DNA of 64,000 bases from Antedon mediterranea (GCF_964355755.1 NC_092676.1:28042871-28106870), one strand, 5' to 3'; positions 1-14,050 are shown, numbered from the stretch's first letter. Notes: generated by a model from the letters alone, not told the origin. Numbers and translations are program-made.

Positions 1-3000
1 GTCCTTTTCAACTTGCAATCTACTCCTTTAATCTTAGTGTTCAAATATCGATACAATAAAGCTTCTTTATTAACCTTTAAATTAGTTATACTATTCATGA
101 ATTACGGCAAACAATGCAGGTAGGTACATTCACAATATAAAGATGACTATAGATTGACTTGTATCAGAATGAGCGTGTACATCTGCAACCTGCGTGGCTA
201 GGCTGATGCTACGCGCATCATGAGGTCATACTATGCTTTTACTCGCGGCTTGACTTGTATTTCTTGGGCAACCCCAGCGCGATCTCAATTAACGGAAACC
301 GTAGGAGAATGACAAAAAATAGCATTGAGGAACCTATACTGTTTTCCTTACACTGCTACGCCTCTTGGATCAACTAACGTTGGAATCATCAAAATCAACA
401 AATACAGACGTGCAAAGAAAACAGATCTATTTTCCATGAGAAAAAGTACAGTAAAGGGAGCAAGTATGGCGAGCGAGTTGACTGTACTATTTGTTAATCA
501 AAGTAAAAGATCTGTCGAACCTTACAATGAAAGTAATAATTATTCGAATGCGTCTAAATTGTCATATTTAGATGCATTAAGCCTATTGTCATAATAAACT
601 GCGTACAACTGGGGATATATTTCTTCAAATAAATAAATAAATTAAAAAAACAAAACAATTTCCTCTCTAGATGTAACAAATACATACAAATAATATATAG
701 CCTAACAAATAATATATAAACAAATATAAAAAATTATAACAATACAATCTGTGATAAATATTTAGAAATAACCTTTGTTTATTTATTTTGATGATCTAAA
801 TTCGATGGTTGATTTATTTTTTCTCAGACTTAAAGGTATATTGTATATGTATTTGTTATGTCAAAGGTCTCAATGAAAAAATGAATACATGGGAACATCA
901 AGAGATATAATATTATAATAATAATAATATTAATTAAGAACAAAGATGAGACCTAGACAGATACACAAAGACAAAGGATGACACGCACGTCATTCATTAA
1001 ATTATCCAAAACTTTCAGAAACGACGCAACTGATAAAACTGACTATTGGAACGTCAAATATCCTCCCGATTGGACAACTCCTTGAAGCCAGACGATTTGT
1101 GCTAATCAAATTTACGTAAAAGTCTAGTCGTGTTAACAATGACCGCGATAAATGCACTGTAATTATGGACTCTAACCAGGCTTAAGTTGCCATTTAATAA
1201 GACGGGGCATGATGTGTTATGTATACCGCCGGGAGATACGCTGTCTTCTTGTTCTTATGTAACAGTATAAGCCAGGGCCAGTATATATTGTGTATTACGT
1301 AATGATATGAGGAGCTGGGTAAAGCAGGGAGGTATAAAAATATACCCCCTGAACAAAGTAAATAAATGCGTATTTATTTAAACCGGTCCCTATTAATAAT
1401 GTATAGGTCCATGCATACCAAAACAAAACAAGATAAATAAATAAAATGAATATTTTGTTTAAATTATCTTATTTTTTACAATAAAAATAAAATTTACTTA
1501 TATAGAACAATAGGGTGTTACAAAGACAAAAGATATGTTTTATCATAATTTTATGATTATTTTTGCAGATTAAAAAATGACTAGAATCAAACGTATGAGG
1601 GCTTTTGTGTACTTCCTTTGTAAATTGTCTTTGTTATAAGTCGTACCCTACACTCAAGGCTGGCCCTCTCAACAACTCCCCCAATATGACCATTCAGCAC
1701 GAATTTCTCCGTTATCTGACCGCAAAATCTGCTTTTGCACATCTCAAAAGTTTGTGGAATTGAGGGCGTTGGTATAGAAAATGAACGTGACTTATAGAAG
1801 ACAATAACAGAAAGGAAACAAATCAACAAATCCAGTATTTTTAAACTTCACTTTGAATTATAATTTTAAAAGGCATATCAAGTTTGTTTCGTTTGTTACT
1901 ATTTGCAAAAAATAATTCTTCTAGTGAAACTCTGAAGTCACGATTTTCGATGACAAATTCATAACACGTACTGTAGGCCATATGCTTACCCGAAATGCCA
2001 AATGGGGACAATTTTATGTCAAGGTTTGCCACGAAAACATTGACTTGACTAACGGTAACATTACAAGAAAAACACTGCAATTCTACTATTATGGAATATT
2101 CTTTCTTTTAGTTTTAACATATTTTACTAATATTTATATTCTTTATTGAAAAACCAAAAGGTTGAACATGTCGAATAAATTTTATAAAACACAATAGGTA
2201 CGGTAATATTTTAAATAACTTCTTTCCTTCATAATACATTCAAATTCGTGAAAAATAAATAAATTGTTAGATAAACAACGAATTTTACGACTCCGAAAGT
2301 TGAAAAAAAACCCCCCATTTTAACAAACATTAACACCAGAAAATTTAGCATGAAGAAAAAGTTTACTGCAGAAAAAATAACGGAGGCATTACGTTTATAT
2401 ATAGTTAAAATGTACTTGATAATAGACAAAATATGCCTATTTATGTTTGTTTTTTTCTTATGCCGAGTGGCGGTAAAAAGCCATATTTGTTATGCATGTT
2501 GTAATATGTTGTAAGTATTTTTAAACTGCAGCCGCGACGAACGAACAATAGATCTGGCGGCAAAGGCTCCAGTCTTTGAGGGAAAAAAATGGTTTAACGA
2601 AAAATGTCATAAAAGATAATAATTATAGAATTAATGGCAATGTGCATTGTCGGGAAGTTATTTGTGTTGTTCTATTTGTGGTTGTTCGTACGACAACTAT
2701 CTAATTAGAAGACCCACGTTTCATTGTTTTATTCACCGCAATGTAATGTATCCCGCGGTCGTATAAATAGAGCACATTCACATTCAGATCATTGATATCA
2801 ACTTGTCGTTAAATGCGATGTGATATTTATTGGTGATTGCTTTTTAATATGTTTATTTTAATAAGAATAAAAATAATGATTGTTATTACGTTTAAGTAGT
2901 TCGTGAATTCGTTGAGTGAACGAATTTACAAAAATTCTTCCTCGGTTTTTTTTTTCGTTTTTATTTTTTAATACTTGTGCGATTATCTTAAGTATTTAAT

Positions 3001-3581
3001 AATTTATTTATATTTAGTAAATTAGGCCTACTTCTTTCAGTACTTCACATTCTCAGTAATTTAAAGTTCCAGTATTTTGTCCATATTATTTTTGAAAATT
3101 ATAAATATAGACCTGCTTTATTTACCGTATACAGTAAGTTTGATTATTTGAATGAGTCTAATTTATCACAGTTAAAACATTTTTTTTTGTTATGTAGGCC
3201 TACATCAATTATTACATTAATTATAAGTGTCAATCACGAATACAAAACGATGTATACCACCACCTATGCGAACTCTGATTACTGCTATAGAATATGTTTG
3301 TGATTTGATTGGCATTGCTTGACATGTTCTTCAATTAACTTTAAAGTCTATCAAGTAGTTCTGAAATTGTGTTTTTACTCATACTGTACGGCAGATATTA
3401 TAGACTTGATTACTCCCAGCGTGAGCCTAATCAATTAACTATGACTAGAGATTGAATACTATACATATTTTAAATGTTACCGCTGATTTTATGAATTTAG
3501 TGGCGGAGGGATTACACGGTAGCATGTGAACAGCTACTTGCTACAATTGCTTACCAGACCGAATCTCTGACTTTACTCTAA

Positions 3582-3976
3582 AGGCCCATTTACACTAGGG
3601 CGATAACGATCGACGATAAAAAGATAAATAATGTAATTTCCATACCTAAAACAAAAGAATTTTAAACAGTTTTCATCCTAGAACAGATTATCATCCATGC
3701 TGCCTTTGATGAAAATGACATTTCCACACGTCCAATCAAATGACGTCATGATTAGTAAGAGCCATTATATCATGACAATACAGCGATTTTATTGTTTTTA
3801 TTGAACATGACGTCATTTGATTGAATTTATATTATTATATTTTATATATATATTTATTTTATCAAAATACAGTATAAATGATTATCCTATAGTTTCAGAA
3901 CGAAAATTTTCTTTTGTTTTATGGAAGAAAAATGTATGTTTATCGTCATCGTTATCGCCCTAGTGTAAATGGGCCT
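3582..3976. mobile_element. PIF/Harbinger (Tourist-like) MITE
   Basis: TIRs AGGCCCATTTACACTAGGGCGATAACGA / TCGTTATCGCCCTAGTGTAAATGGGCCT are flanked by TAA...TAA. The interior is also partly inverted (CAAATGACGTCATG / CATGACGTCATTTG). Confidence 0.88.
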
Positions 3977-5526
3977 TAATATAGCATTACATCTTATAAA
4001 GTAAAACTCTGAGATACCTATATTGGGGGACATCCCTATTAGGGGACTTACAGTACAAGGTGTGCCCTTATATAGGTTCTACTGTATTTTGACCACTATC
4101 CACATTCCCAAATGTCCAGTGATGGCTCTTTTGAACTCACATATTGCTAGAATCATCAACATGGTTGAATTGAAATATAGGCCTACAACTATTAAACGAA
4201 ATAAATACAACAGTGTCATAACCAGATCGAACTGATTTTATCGTCAACGATAGGTCTCAATAGCGCCTATAGGTTATTCTATAATTAAATTAAATTATCG
4301 TAATGTGTTCTTAATTTAATAAAAGGCTTACAATTATATCAATAACATTACGATCGCCCCAAAGGACAATGTTAGTTTTTAAGTACCACTTAAAATAAAG
4401 ATAGTGTACACAATTGTTAAATAAACGGCATAGCATTCGTATAAACTCCAACAAAAACAGTAAAAGTCGTAGAGATATGATGGAACTTTGTAGCGATAGC
4501 TATAAAACCAAACTAATGTCGAGTGTTATTGTTTTACTGAAATATGCTCAATATTGAATTACATAAATCATAATCAACTATAATTAGAAAATATGCGATT
4601 ATAAAAAACTAACTATCAAACTTTAAAGTAATAAACAAAACTTCTAGTACAGTATTTGGTTCTGCTGTGAAAATATGCGATTATAAAAAACGAACTATCA
4701 AACGTTACGTAATAAACAAAACGTTCTGTATGTTGGTTCTGTTGTAACAATACTTTTATCGTGTATACCGTAAGTAACGAAGTTTAGTTTATAGTGTAAC
4801 AATACATTTTCACTATATTTTCAAATATTACCAAGTTAAAACGGTAGGCCATTGTATTGGCTTTTAGTTTTACTGTTTCGTTCTTCTCTTCAATTTTAAG
4901 AAATGTAAATACTTTACTGAAGAGACATTTTTTTATACATATAACGCGATTATGAGATCTTGTTCCGAATCTGAGCACTGATTCAATAATTTAACAGTAT
5001 GATTTATATATCCTTTACTGAAGTATTGTGTTTTGTGTTTGCATTGTTCTTGTTGCAGTCTACCTGTAGAACAGGTTAATTTACTCATGTTCACAAGGTT
5101 GTAGATGTCTACATTGAGTATTTTAGTTTAGCTAATGCTATTGCTAACACAGCTTTATAATAGGGATAATTATCAGCAGGCGAGATGAATAAAGTGGCCT
5201 GTGTTGTCTTAGGTGATCTCAATCGCTAGGCAGAATCAATACAAAAATAACATTTTATGAGTTAGCCTCTGTGGGGGTTGACCCTGGGGTAGACATTCAG
5301 ACTGGATAGGCCTAGGCTAGGCACACTCTGGGCGGCAGTCAAGGTCCCTGATATAACGGTTGCTCGAAGCGAAATGTACAGAATCGGTACATTAGTAATT
5401 GGTTGATTTTTTACCGCAATATTCTTGGAACCAACATACTGCCTAGCCTAGCGATTTTATATGTGACGTCATATATAGACTTTCTTTTCTCTCAAGGAAT
5501 GTCATAGTCATAACAAATTATTTACA

Positions 5527-5877
5527 AAATGAATATTCATTGCAGATGGTAAAAATGAATATTCATTGAATATTGATAACTAAGATGAATATTGTCATTG
5601 AATATTGGTTACTAAAATGAATATTCATTGCATATTGGGTAACTAAAAATGAATATTCATTGAATATTGATAACTAAAATGAATAGCCATTGAATAGTGG
5701 GTAACTAAAAATAAATATTCATTGAATATTGATAACTAAAATGAATATTTATTGAATATTGATAACCAAAACGAATATTCATTGAATATTGATAACTAAA
5801 ATGAATATTCATTAAATATTGGTTACTAAAATGAATATGCATTGAATATGGGTAATTAAAATGAATATTCATTGAAT
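5527..5877. repeat. ~30-bp AT-rich minisatellite with a palindromic core
   Basis: About 12 copies of AAAATGAATATTCATTGAATATTGATAACT. The core AATGAATATTCATT is self-complementary. Confidence 0.9.
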
Positions 5878-8800
5878 GAGCTCCTCTATACTTAGACTTA
5901 GTTTAATGAATGTTCGTACTTCCGAGTAGAGTTCTTTCCCAAACCCAACTCGGAAGTGATGTGTCAATTATTATGTAACATAGGATGCAGGTAACGGGAC
6001 ACTAATCAATCTTCCAATTAGAACTCAATTAAAAAGAAAACAAGTATGTTACAGCAGACTGGCTGATTGCCTTGGGAGTGATCACCGTCTATAGGAACAC
6101 TGTATGATAACATCATTATCAAAATGCCAAACTAAAATTAAAATGAATGCGTCTCCACATGCACGTCATATAGCATAAACTAGGCGTACCATGGGTTACT
6201 GAATATTCAATAATCCATGGGCGTACCCGTACACAGAAACTAAAGTACCTATGCATACTCAAAGCGAAGAAATAATGCAATAAAACAACACATGAGCCAG
6301 TACCAATACAGATTCTAAAGTAGAGTGTTCGAACACTTCAAACTAGTTCATGGGCCCAGATAATAATAAGAGCAAGGGGCCTAGATAAGAGGAAGGGGCC
6401 TAGATATTATGGAGGAAGGGGCGATATAAACCAATTGATTTGATCGCTATACAAAATGTTCTCCTGGGAAATCTTACTGATGTCAACCCGAGGGTTAGCG
6501 AGATATTTTGACGGCATCATTCCAGAGCGACATTTACAGTATAATCTCACGGTCAAACCTGTCTAATTTATCTAAATCAAAATAATTATGTTTATATTGT
6601 AATCAAATTGAACGATGATGTCATCATGTATACAAACTTGTCAATAATAGTATATCCATTTAGAGAACAACTGTCAGGCATATGTGGTTAAAAATCAAAG
6701 AGATAGGCCTACAATATGTCAATTTGTTCTGGTTTAACATTTTTTTAAATCGTTTATTTCAAGCAAAATTCTTAGAAAAGTAAAAGAAAAGATAACAAAC
6801 TTATATTATGTTTTCAATTCAAGAAATTTTGCATAAATAAATATAAAAACGTCTAAATATTTATAGACATCTTTATCTTTGTATTGATTGTATCTTTAAT
6901 TTTGACCGGAACACAGGAAGTATCAGTAAAGTACGCCAGTTCAGTTAATATACAATCGACAAATCACAAAATAGGGTCAAATTGTTTACAGACCTTTCAT
7001 TACTTTATTAGATCAATGAACCAAGGAGGTACTTAAGTTGCAAAATCCAATCAAAAAATCTGTCGAGAGTTTTCACAAAAATTTGGATCGTCAAGTATGG
7101 GGTGCCATAAAGCCAAAACAGACGAAAAGAAGAATCACTTGGACGAGTTTCAAAATACTACGCGCGACGATATTGATTTTGACTGCAGTAATCGTCTGCC
7201 TGATAATCCGTCGCTTGTGATTTGTTAAATTACTGGAATTGCGCGTACATTCTAGAGGGAGTGATCCAATCTTTACGAAGCAAGCGGATAAAAAAACTCC
7301 TCACAACAATCGAGATGAGTGGGGGAGGGGGACGACACTTTCGCCTTTAAAATCCTAAACGGAAGACAGATCAATATTGAACTTTCAGATTTTGTATTTG
7401 TGATTTTTTAACCTCGATAAAAAGTTACGGTAATAGGCCTATCTTTTAATCTTATGCAATCAAATGTAATTAATTTCCCCCAATTAAATATACGTCATCC
7501 GTTTTCTGGACGGAAATATACCACCATTCAATCAGGGAGTTGTATTTTACAACTCCCTGATTCAATCATCACAGAATTATTTCTATTTATTTAATTTAAA
7601 TTAACCTTTAGTTTTAAATGAGCACTTGCAATAAAAATGGAAGATTGTTACTACGTTGAACAAGCCTTCAAACGATTTAAAAAATCACAACCATTTGTTG
7701 TAAACTTCACCTATTTCGTATAATCTGAACGCCATTCTCAGGGGAGAAACAGCATTACCAAGCGCATAGGAAACGCCACGTTATAGGCCTAGCACTTTCC
7801 TGCCATCCACGAATCATACATTAAACACACCTTGAAGATATTACCATGTTTTCATAGCTAACATTTAAAATTTCCTGTCGAAAATATCTAGTTCTGTGTT
7901 TAATAACGATGCTGCTGTATAGTACGATGCTAGGCCGAGAAGAATTGAGATGATGCTTGATTAACATTGGCATACGAGCATCTTTATCCTATTAAGGCTC
8001 ATCCTAGATAATCCAAAACACGCTTGAATGTTGAGCGGAAGTAATGGATTACACAAGGGTTGGATAATATACTTCCGGTCGCATTTTCAGGTCACCCATT
8101 TTCAGAGTTTACCTGATCATAAAATGGACCTGTAAATTATACCCTTTTAATGTATTGATTCAGAATATATTTGGTTGACATTTATTTTACCATATATTAC
8201 GTAATTACATTATGGCCCACTGCTGTGATTAATTTGGATAACATACTTTTTAGAAACATTCTTAGAAACAAAATATTTTTCCTTTTTTTTGAAATTAGAA
8301 ATTAAAGCTTATAATAATTATAAGAAGACGTCAGCAAATTATAGGTTTAAATAGGAACATAGGTATCTGATACTGCATTGTAATAATCAAATAAACCTTT
8401 AATTCTATATATATTTATTTGTTTTTTTAATATAAAATGTACAGTATAATATACTGTAGTCAAGATAGTGTTTTTTAAATAATATTTTTATTTGTATAAT
8501 GTTGAATGAAGTTTCGTCGATTATTGAGATTTTGATTTCATAAAAACAGAGAATGCAAACTGGTATTCCACTTCCTATAATAATTATTTTATTAAAAATG
8601 TTAGTTCTATCATCATTGACCTATAGTTTTAATGTATAGGACCATGGTTATATGCGTCTTAAACTATATCAATAACTAAGTATGTACTAACAATATCCAA
8701 AGACTTTTAGCACACATGAAAACAAAAGATTAAAACAACAGAATAATGTTCCAACACTTGAAGGAAATAGGAAATTGAATTAGCCACATAATACTGGCGT

Positions 8801-8965
8801 TACATGCACAGTAGGACAATGGCAGTTAATTAACAGATCACAATTACAAACAACAAACTTGTTAACGAAACAAATCAATGCTAAAATCATCAATCGTTCA
8901 TCCTAATTACTAATATAACATAAGAATTTGTTTACCAGGTTATAACGTACGATTAAGAAAACCAC

Positions 8966-9042
8966 TTGTTGTTTAGCTGGTATAATAATATATCACTCGT
9001 CCTGTATACGAGAGGTTACAGGTTCGGATATTAACTGAAACA
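8966..9042 (+). pseudogene. Degenerate tRNA-like sequence (tRNA pseudogene or SINE head)
   Basis: TTTAGCTGGT (A box), CTCGT..ACGAG anticodon-like stem and AGGTTACAGGTTCG (B box). The acceptor stem is not intact. Confidence 0.3.
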
Positions 9043-10039
9043 ATTTTCAGTTTGTTGACGATTTGTCCGTATATAGGATTGTGACTTTAGATAAAAAAAA
9101 TCATACTGTATACAATATACTTTTAACCTTGTTTTAAACTAAAAAAACAATACTTTTGTAACCATGGTGACAGTAAACTTAAATTGAAATTGGGTAAAAC
9201 TAAATTCAAAGTAAGTTGAAAGTTTAAACAAGTTTACCAATTATTTTTACAGTTTTTGACAATATCCATTGTTTTAATTTTGTGTTTACAACAAATATGA
9301 AAGACACAAGTGACAAACAACCCACAATGCAATTTAGGCACTGAAACAAAGGCGCACTCAGGCGGGAGTGTTAAAGTGCATAAGGTCTGTCCCTCAGAGG
9401 ATGTCTAGAACAGGTGTAAGCTAAATGAAAATGCGGTCAGAAAATCCAAAAAAGCTACAATCGAAAAGGAATAGTCATCGGCTGTACACACCTGTTAAGT
9501 GAGACTGCATAGGCTCTTTTGGCACTTCCTGTTCTGAGGATGTTAGAGTCTCTAGCCTAACAGAACAAGGCCTAGGGAGAGTTTTACCCCTAACGTATTG
9601 TGCTAACAAAGGGTTAATATCTACAGAAACAATGGCATGTGTAGACTGGATTAAAACAATTAACCATTGCGCTATGACATTTCATTTCCAAAATCAATTT
9701 TTTTCAACTTTATTGTTTCCTACTGCTAAGTTCTACAAAACATTTACAAAGCTTTTCTGATTCAGTACGACATTTCTTTAATTTAAATCGAAAATGTTGA
9801 TACTAAAAAATGGTGGACAATATAGGGTCTTAACACTTAGTAAAGTGTGGGTATGAAAGTCTAATACAACTGAAGACGAAATTGTGAATCATTTAAAAAA
9901 TGTATTTCAGTATCTACTATATTAGTTAAGTCCATTTTGTTTAAATTTTGTATTCCAACCAGTTAAGCAACTAAATAGTTACATATTGTTTGAAGGTTTG
10001 CATGGCGAAATAAATTAAATATGTTGATATAAGGTTTGC

Positions 10040-10130
10040 GGTACACACCACATATAGAATAGAAAAGAACTGTTGAGTTTCTCGACGTTTCGATCAATAT
10101 ACTTTGATCGTCCTTAGGAGTAAGAATGCA
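10040..10130 (-). mobile_element. Penelope-like terminal remnant with a degenerate hammerhead-like core
   Basis: The minus strand reads CTAAGGA-C-GATCAA-agtata-TTGATC-GAAACGTCG. Confidence 0.45.
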
Positions 10131-11918
10131 GAAAGTCCAAGATACTAAATAGTTGTTAGTCCAAATGGTTACACAAAGTCAAAATGTGTGCCTATGGTAT
10201 CAAAACGCTTAAAAACATTACACCTGGTGTAGATATGTCGTTAGCGGTCGTGGGAAGGTTCGGCAACTTGAAAGAAATTATATTAAGGAAAAAATTATAG
10301 GGCTAAACCATTATGAAAATTTACTTAAAAAAACACTCCATAAAATATAGGTCTACTTGAAAAACATTGACGAATAATGATGAACACAAATGCAAGCAAA
10401 ATTGTGCGTAAGCATTGAATTGTCAACTTGGGATATTATCGTCTTCGAAAAACGGTATTAAATATTTAAAACGCAATAACGTCATTCGATTTTCTCTTTA
10501 AAACAATGAGTTTTAAATAGGGTAAAACCTGTAGGCCTAGTTTAGTTAGAACTTTAGTTCGCAACAAAAATGTGATGAAATTCGCTAGTTTTAAGTACAG
10601 TGAATTCATTTTTTAAATAAAAAGTTCCCCATTAATTTAATATTTAAGACATTTAGATTTCCACGAAAGCCACTGTGGATTACAAACCTTTTAATAAACC
10701 CCATTTCTAATCATAACTTTCAACAATTATCATTACAAAAAAACACAAGATTTTAAGAACATGGACCTAGGATCCCCTATGATTATAAATTTAATCACTA
10801 CATGCATAAGGTTGGCGTTTAAAAATTGATAAAAAAAATGTAAAGTTTGGCAGCACCCACCCGGGTTATTGTGTGTTTTAATTTATTTTGCATATGAACT
10901 GACGACAACCATTGTCAATTCATGGAGTAATAATTAGATGGTCAAATGTACCAAATTTGTGACAGTTCAACTTGAGCCGTATAATATGATTTCTATGTGT
11001 ATATTAAATACAGGGAATCAAACACTTGTTGATGACATCACAGTGCAGTATATTATTAGTTTACAGAATTAGATTACTTGTAATAATTGAAATAATCATT
11101 ATTAATGTTATTTAATCACACTTAATGTTTTATTGAACGCATTCAAGCGGTATTCTTAATTTGAGTCGGTGTTTCCGCCCCTCTGGGCCAAATCTTGTCC
11201 ATCATAGGCCACCCCATGAGTGTAACAACATATACCAGACATTACTTCGCCGTAACATGCTAAGCATGCCTCAAGAGTTACTTTATTTCTCTGGACTTGA
11301 CGGATTAAAACCTTCAGAAAACTGAAAGATTTGAAATTGGGCACCACGATAAGCTGACAATCATGAGCAAAAGCTTTAAACGCTCGCGGGACGAACGCCG
11401 CTGCGCCCGCCGGATTAACACCGATCACAGATATCTTCCCCAAATTAATTCCCAAAAGGGTTAATTGTTCCACGAATACATTTTTATCGTGTTTTACTAA
11501 CATTTAACTGTTTTATATATACATCTAAAAGCAAGACAAAATAACAAACAACAACGGTGAGTAGTTACAGTAATAGTATATAGATGATTGAAAAATAAGC
11601 AGAAAAGTAGTCAAATTCAAATAATATATTTAACACGAGAGAGAGAAATTTTAAACTTTTCGAAATACTGTAATTCTTTCAAAAGGTTTAAATGATATTT
11701 ACTGGTATGAATGTCGACACGCACGTGTTTACTACCTACACTGTCTTTATTGCAATTGCAAACACAATACGAAGACAAATAACAGAACAAGATAAAAAAC
11801 AAGCTATTCTTTCATGGGGTCTTCTCTATTCAGCACAGGTTAATTAATTGTGTATCGGCAACTTCCTGTTTGAAATTCTATACGATTAATGAACTATCAG
11901 AGCATCCATGCATTTAGA

Positions 11919-12130
11919 TGAGGAATCACTATTTCAGCTTCAATTCCTCTTCAAAACATTCTTCAACACAGTTTTGTAAATGAATTTATTTACCAACGGA
12001 GGAGGAATCACTATACAGCTTCAATTCCTCTTCAAAAATTCTTCAACACATTAAAATACATTCTATAACAATCAACGATGTTGAAGTTTTGTATATGAAT
12101 TTATTTACCAATGGAGGAGGCATCACTATA
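11919..12130. repeat. Local tandem duplication (~82-115-bp units)
   Basis: GAGGAATCACTAT..CAGCTTCAATTCCTCTTCAAAA and GTTTTGTA.ATGAATTTATTTACCAA each occur twice. Confidence 0.8.
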
Positions 12131-12901
12131 GCCTTAATTAGATCTCCCCTTGATTAGGACAATTTAAAGTTTTAAACATGGGTGTAAACGAGTTTTTATT
12201 TGACATGGAAACTCCTTATTAAAATACATACCTTCTATCTTGGCAGCAAATCGTGACAACAAGCTAATAATGATTTATACTTACCTACTTTTCTATTGTT
12301 TTTAGTAAAACATTATAGGCCTACATAAAATGTCGAGCACGTGGGGGTTATTACATTGTATTGTTATTATATTGTTATCTTACACAATCTCGTATGATTT
12401 GATGAACCGGCTATAATAGTATTAGTAATATTCAATTATGAGTTCTTTTTGGTTCACTGAGTACTTAACTTTAGGTTATCCCCAAAGTATGGATTACATT
12501 TCCTAATTCCTGTCCTTATTAGAGACAGCATACCCATATTTGATCTACTAACATTGGACCTATAAAACGAAACAATCCAGTGGCAGAATGCTGCGAGTGT
12601 AGCAATGGCTGGATAAATTTAAGTATAATGTAAACAAACCTATACTAGGCTAGTTGGATCAGGGAGATCTCTGGTTGGATCGATCCGGCTAGTTAAGTAA
12701 AAGTTACAAACAAGGTTGAAAACAGCTTCGACATGGCTCATGAATGATTGTCCTATCGTTTCATTGAGATCATACCTCTGTCATATTAATTTAATTTACA
12801 TTATTCTTCTATGTTATAATTCAATTATGCAATTTTTCTACAATTATTACAGATAGAAGAATAAAACAATATCTTAATACTGTATTATGAGGATTACTCA
12901 C

Positions 12902-13040
12902 CATGCTTAATAACAGGTTGTTCCCGCTCGACTTGTCCCTCTTCTAAGCCAAATTTCTTTCCCAGAATACCATCGATAGAATAAATATTGGCTGGCACAT
13001 CAGAAAAGTATCGATGACGATCCATGTTCTTAGCGTCCAT
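12902..13040 (-). CDS. First coding exon of an eh1/octapeptide-containing transcription factor (probably a paired-class homeobox gene; later exons not found in the window)
   Basis: ATG at 13040 reads MDAKNMDRHRYFSDVPANIYSIDGILGKKFGLEEGQVEREQPVIKH and ends at a canonical G|GTGAGT donor (phase 1). YSIDGILG matches the Groucho-binding octapeptide/eh1 motif (Pax3/7 HSIDGILG, Arx YCIDSILG, Rx HSIEAILG). A CpG-rich leader and Inr-like TCAGT lie near 13245. No homeobox exon was found by eye in 1-12900. Confidence 0.7.
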
Positions 13041-13776
13041 GTTTCTTATTAATTAGCAATTAATAAAATGTTCGATTAAAATACACTTAAATTGACGAGA
13101 GCGTAAGAGTACAACTTGCTGAACAAGCGCGGGTTGTGATTGATCGCGTCGTCGTCGAATATGCTTACTGCGGTGGCCGCTGGCAGTCACCGGTCTGTTT
13201 ACAACTTCAAATTAGTAGAGTTCTCTGTTAATACACGCTGTGACTGATATAATCTTAAAACAGTCTCCAAATTAGAAATAATTCAAACTAATGCTTCATG
13301 ACAACATACACCACTGTTGATAATCGTTGCTGGTTGGTTCGTTCAAGCAATAATTTGGCAAAAGCTAATAAAACATTTGTCTTCCAAAGAGACAGTGAAA
13401 TAAAACAATCAAAGTACCCGTCAATTTATACGAGTGTATGAACTAGTACCAATGCGGGATGACGACAGAAGCGTTTGTAATCTTTTATTAACCTAAGTTA
13501 TTGCAATAGTACACAGAATCTAATGTTAATTGTCATTGTGCAATATCTTTTGTTTTAATAACCTATTGTTATTGGCTATGTAAAAAGGGTGTGTTTTTAA
13601 AGTCACTTCTATGGAATCACGAATGCCTAAAACGCCCTTTTTATTGTTAAACCTTGATGATTACTGTAATGGTATTTTGCTTGAAATATTTAATTTAATT
13701 TCTTTTTTCCACTGTTTTAACATATTGTTTTATTTTTACGTTTTGCCTTCTGTTTCTTGTATGTTCCTGTTACTAG

Positions 13777-14050
13777 AATCCAACTAACTATAGGCCCTAC
13801 TAACTTTTCCACTATTGTTAATTGTAGGCCTAATGTGTACTATCATTCAGTTATTCATTTTTATTGCCATAAAAAATAAATCCAACTAACTACTAACTTT
13901 TCCACTACTGTTAATTGTAGGCCTAATGTGTACTATCATTCAGTTATTCATTTTTATTGCCATAAAAAATAAATCCAACTAACTACTAACTTTCCCACTA
14001 TTGTTAATTGTAGTCCTAATGTGTACTATCATTTATTTATTCACTTTTAT
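13777..14050. repeat. ~92-bp tandem repeat, ~3 copies
   Basis: AATCCAACTAACTA...CCACTATTGTTAATTGTAGGCCTAATGTGTACTATCATT starts at about 13777, 13879 and 13971. Confidence 0.9.

Noticed and set aside
1587-2080. Two ~80-aa minus-strand ORFs
   Set aside because: Non-ATG starts and no homology. The candidate exon near 1990-2074 has a stop in the phase required by the eh1 exon.
2531-2550. miR-375-like sequence (TTGTTCGTTCG on the minus strand)
   Set aside because: Only 11 nt match and there is no precursor hairpin.
11156-11503. 115-aa minus-strand ORF as a possible second exon of the eh1 gene
   Set aside because: No homeodomain or other motif and no convincing splice sites. The sequence looks regulatory.
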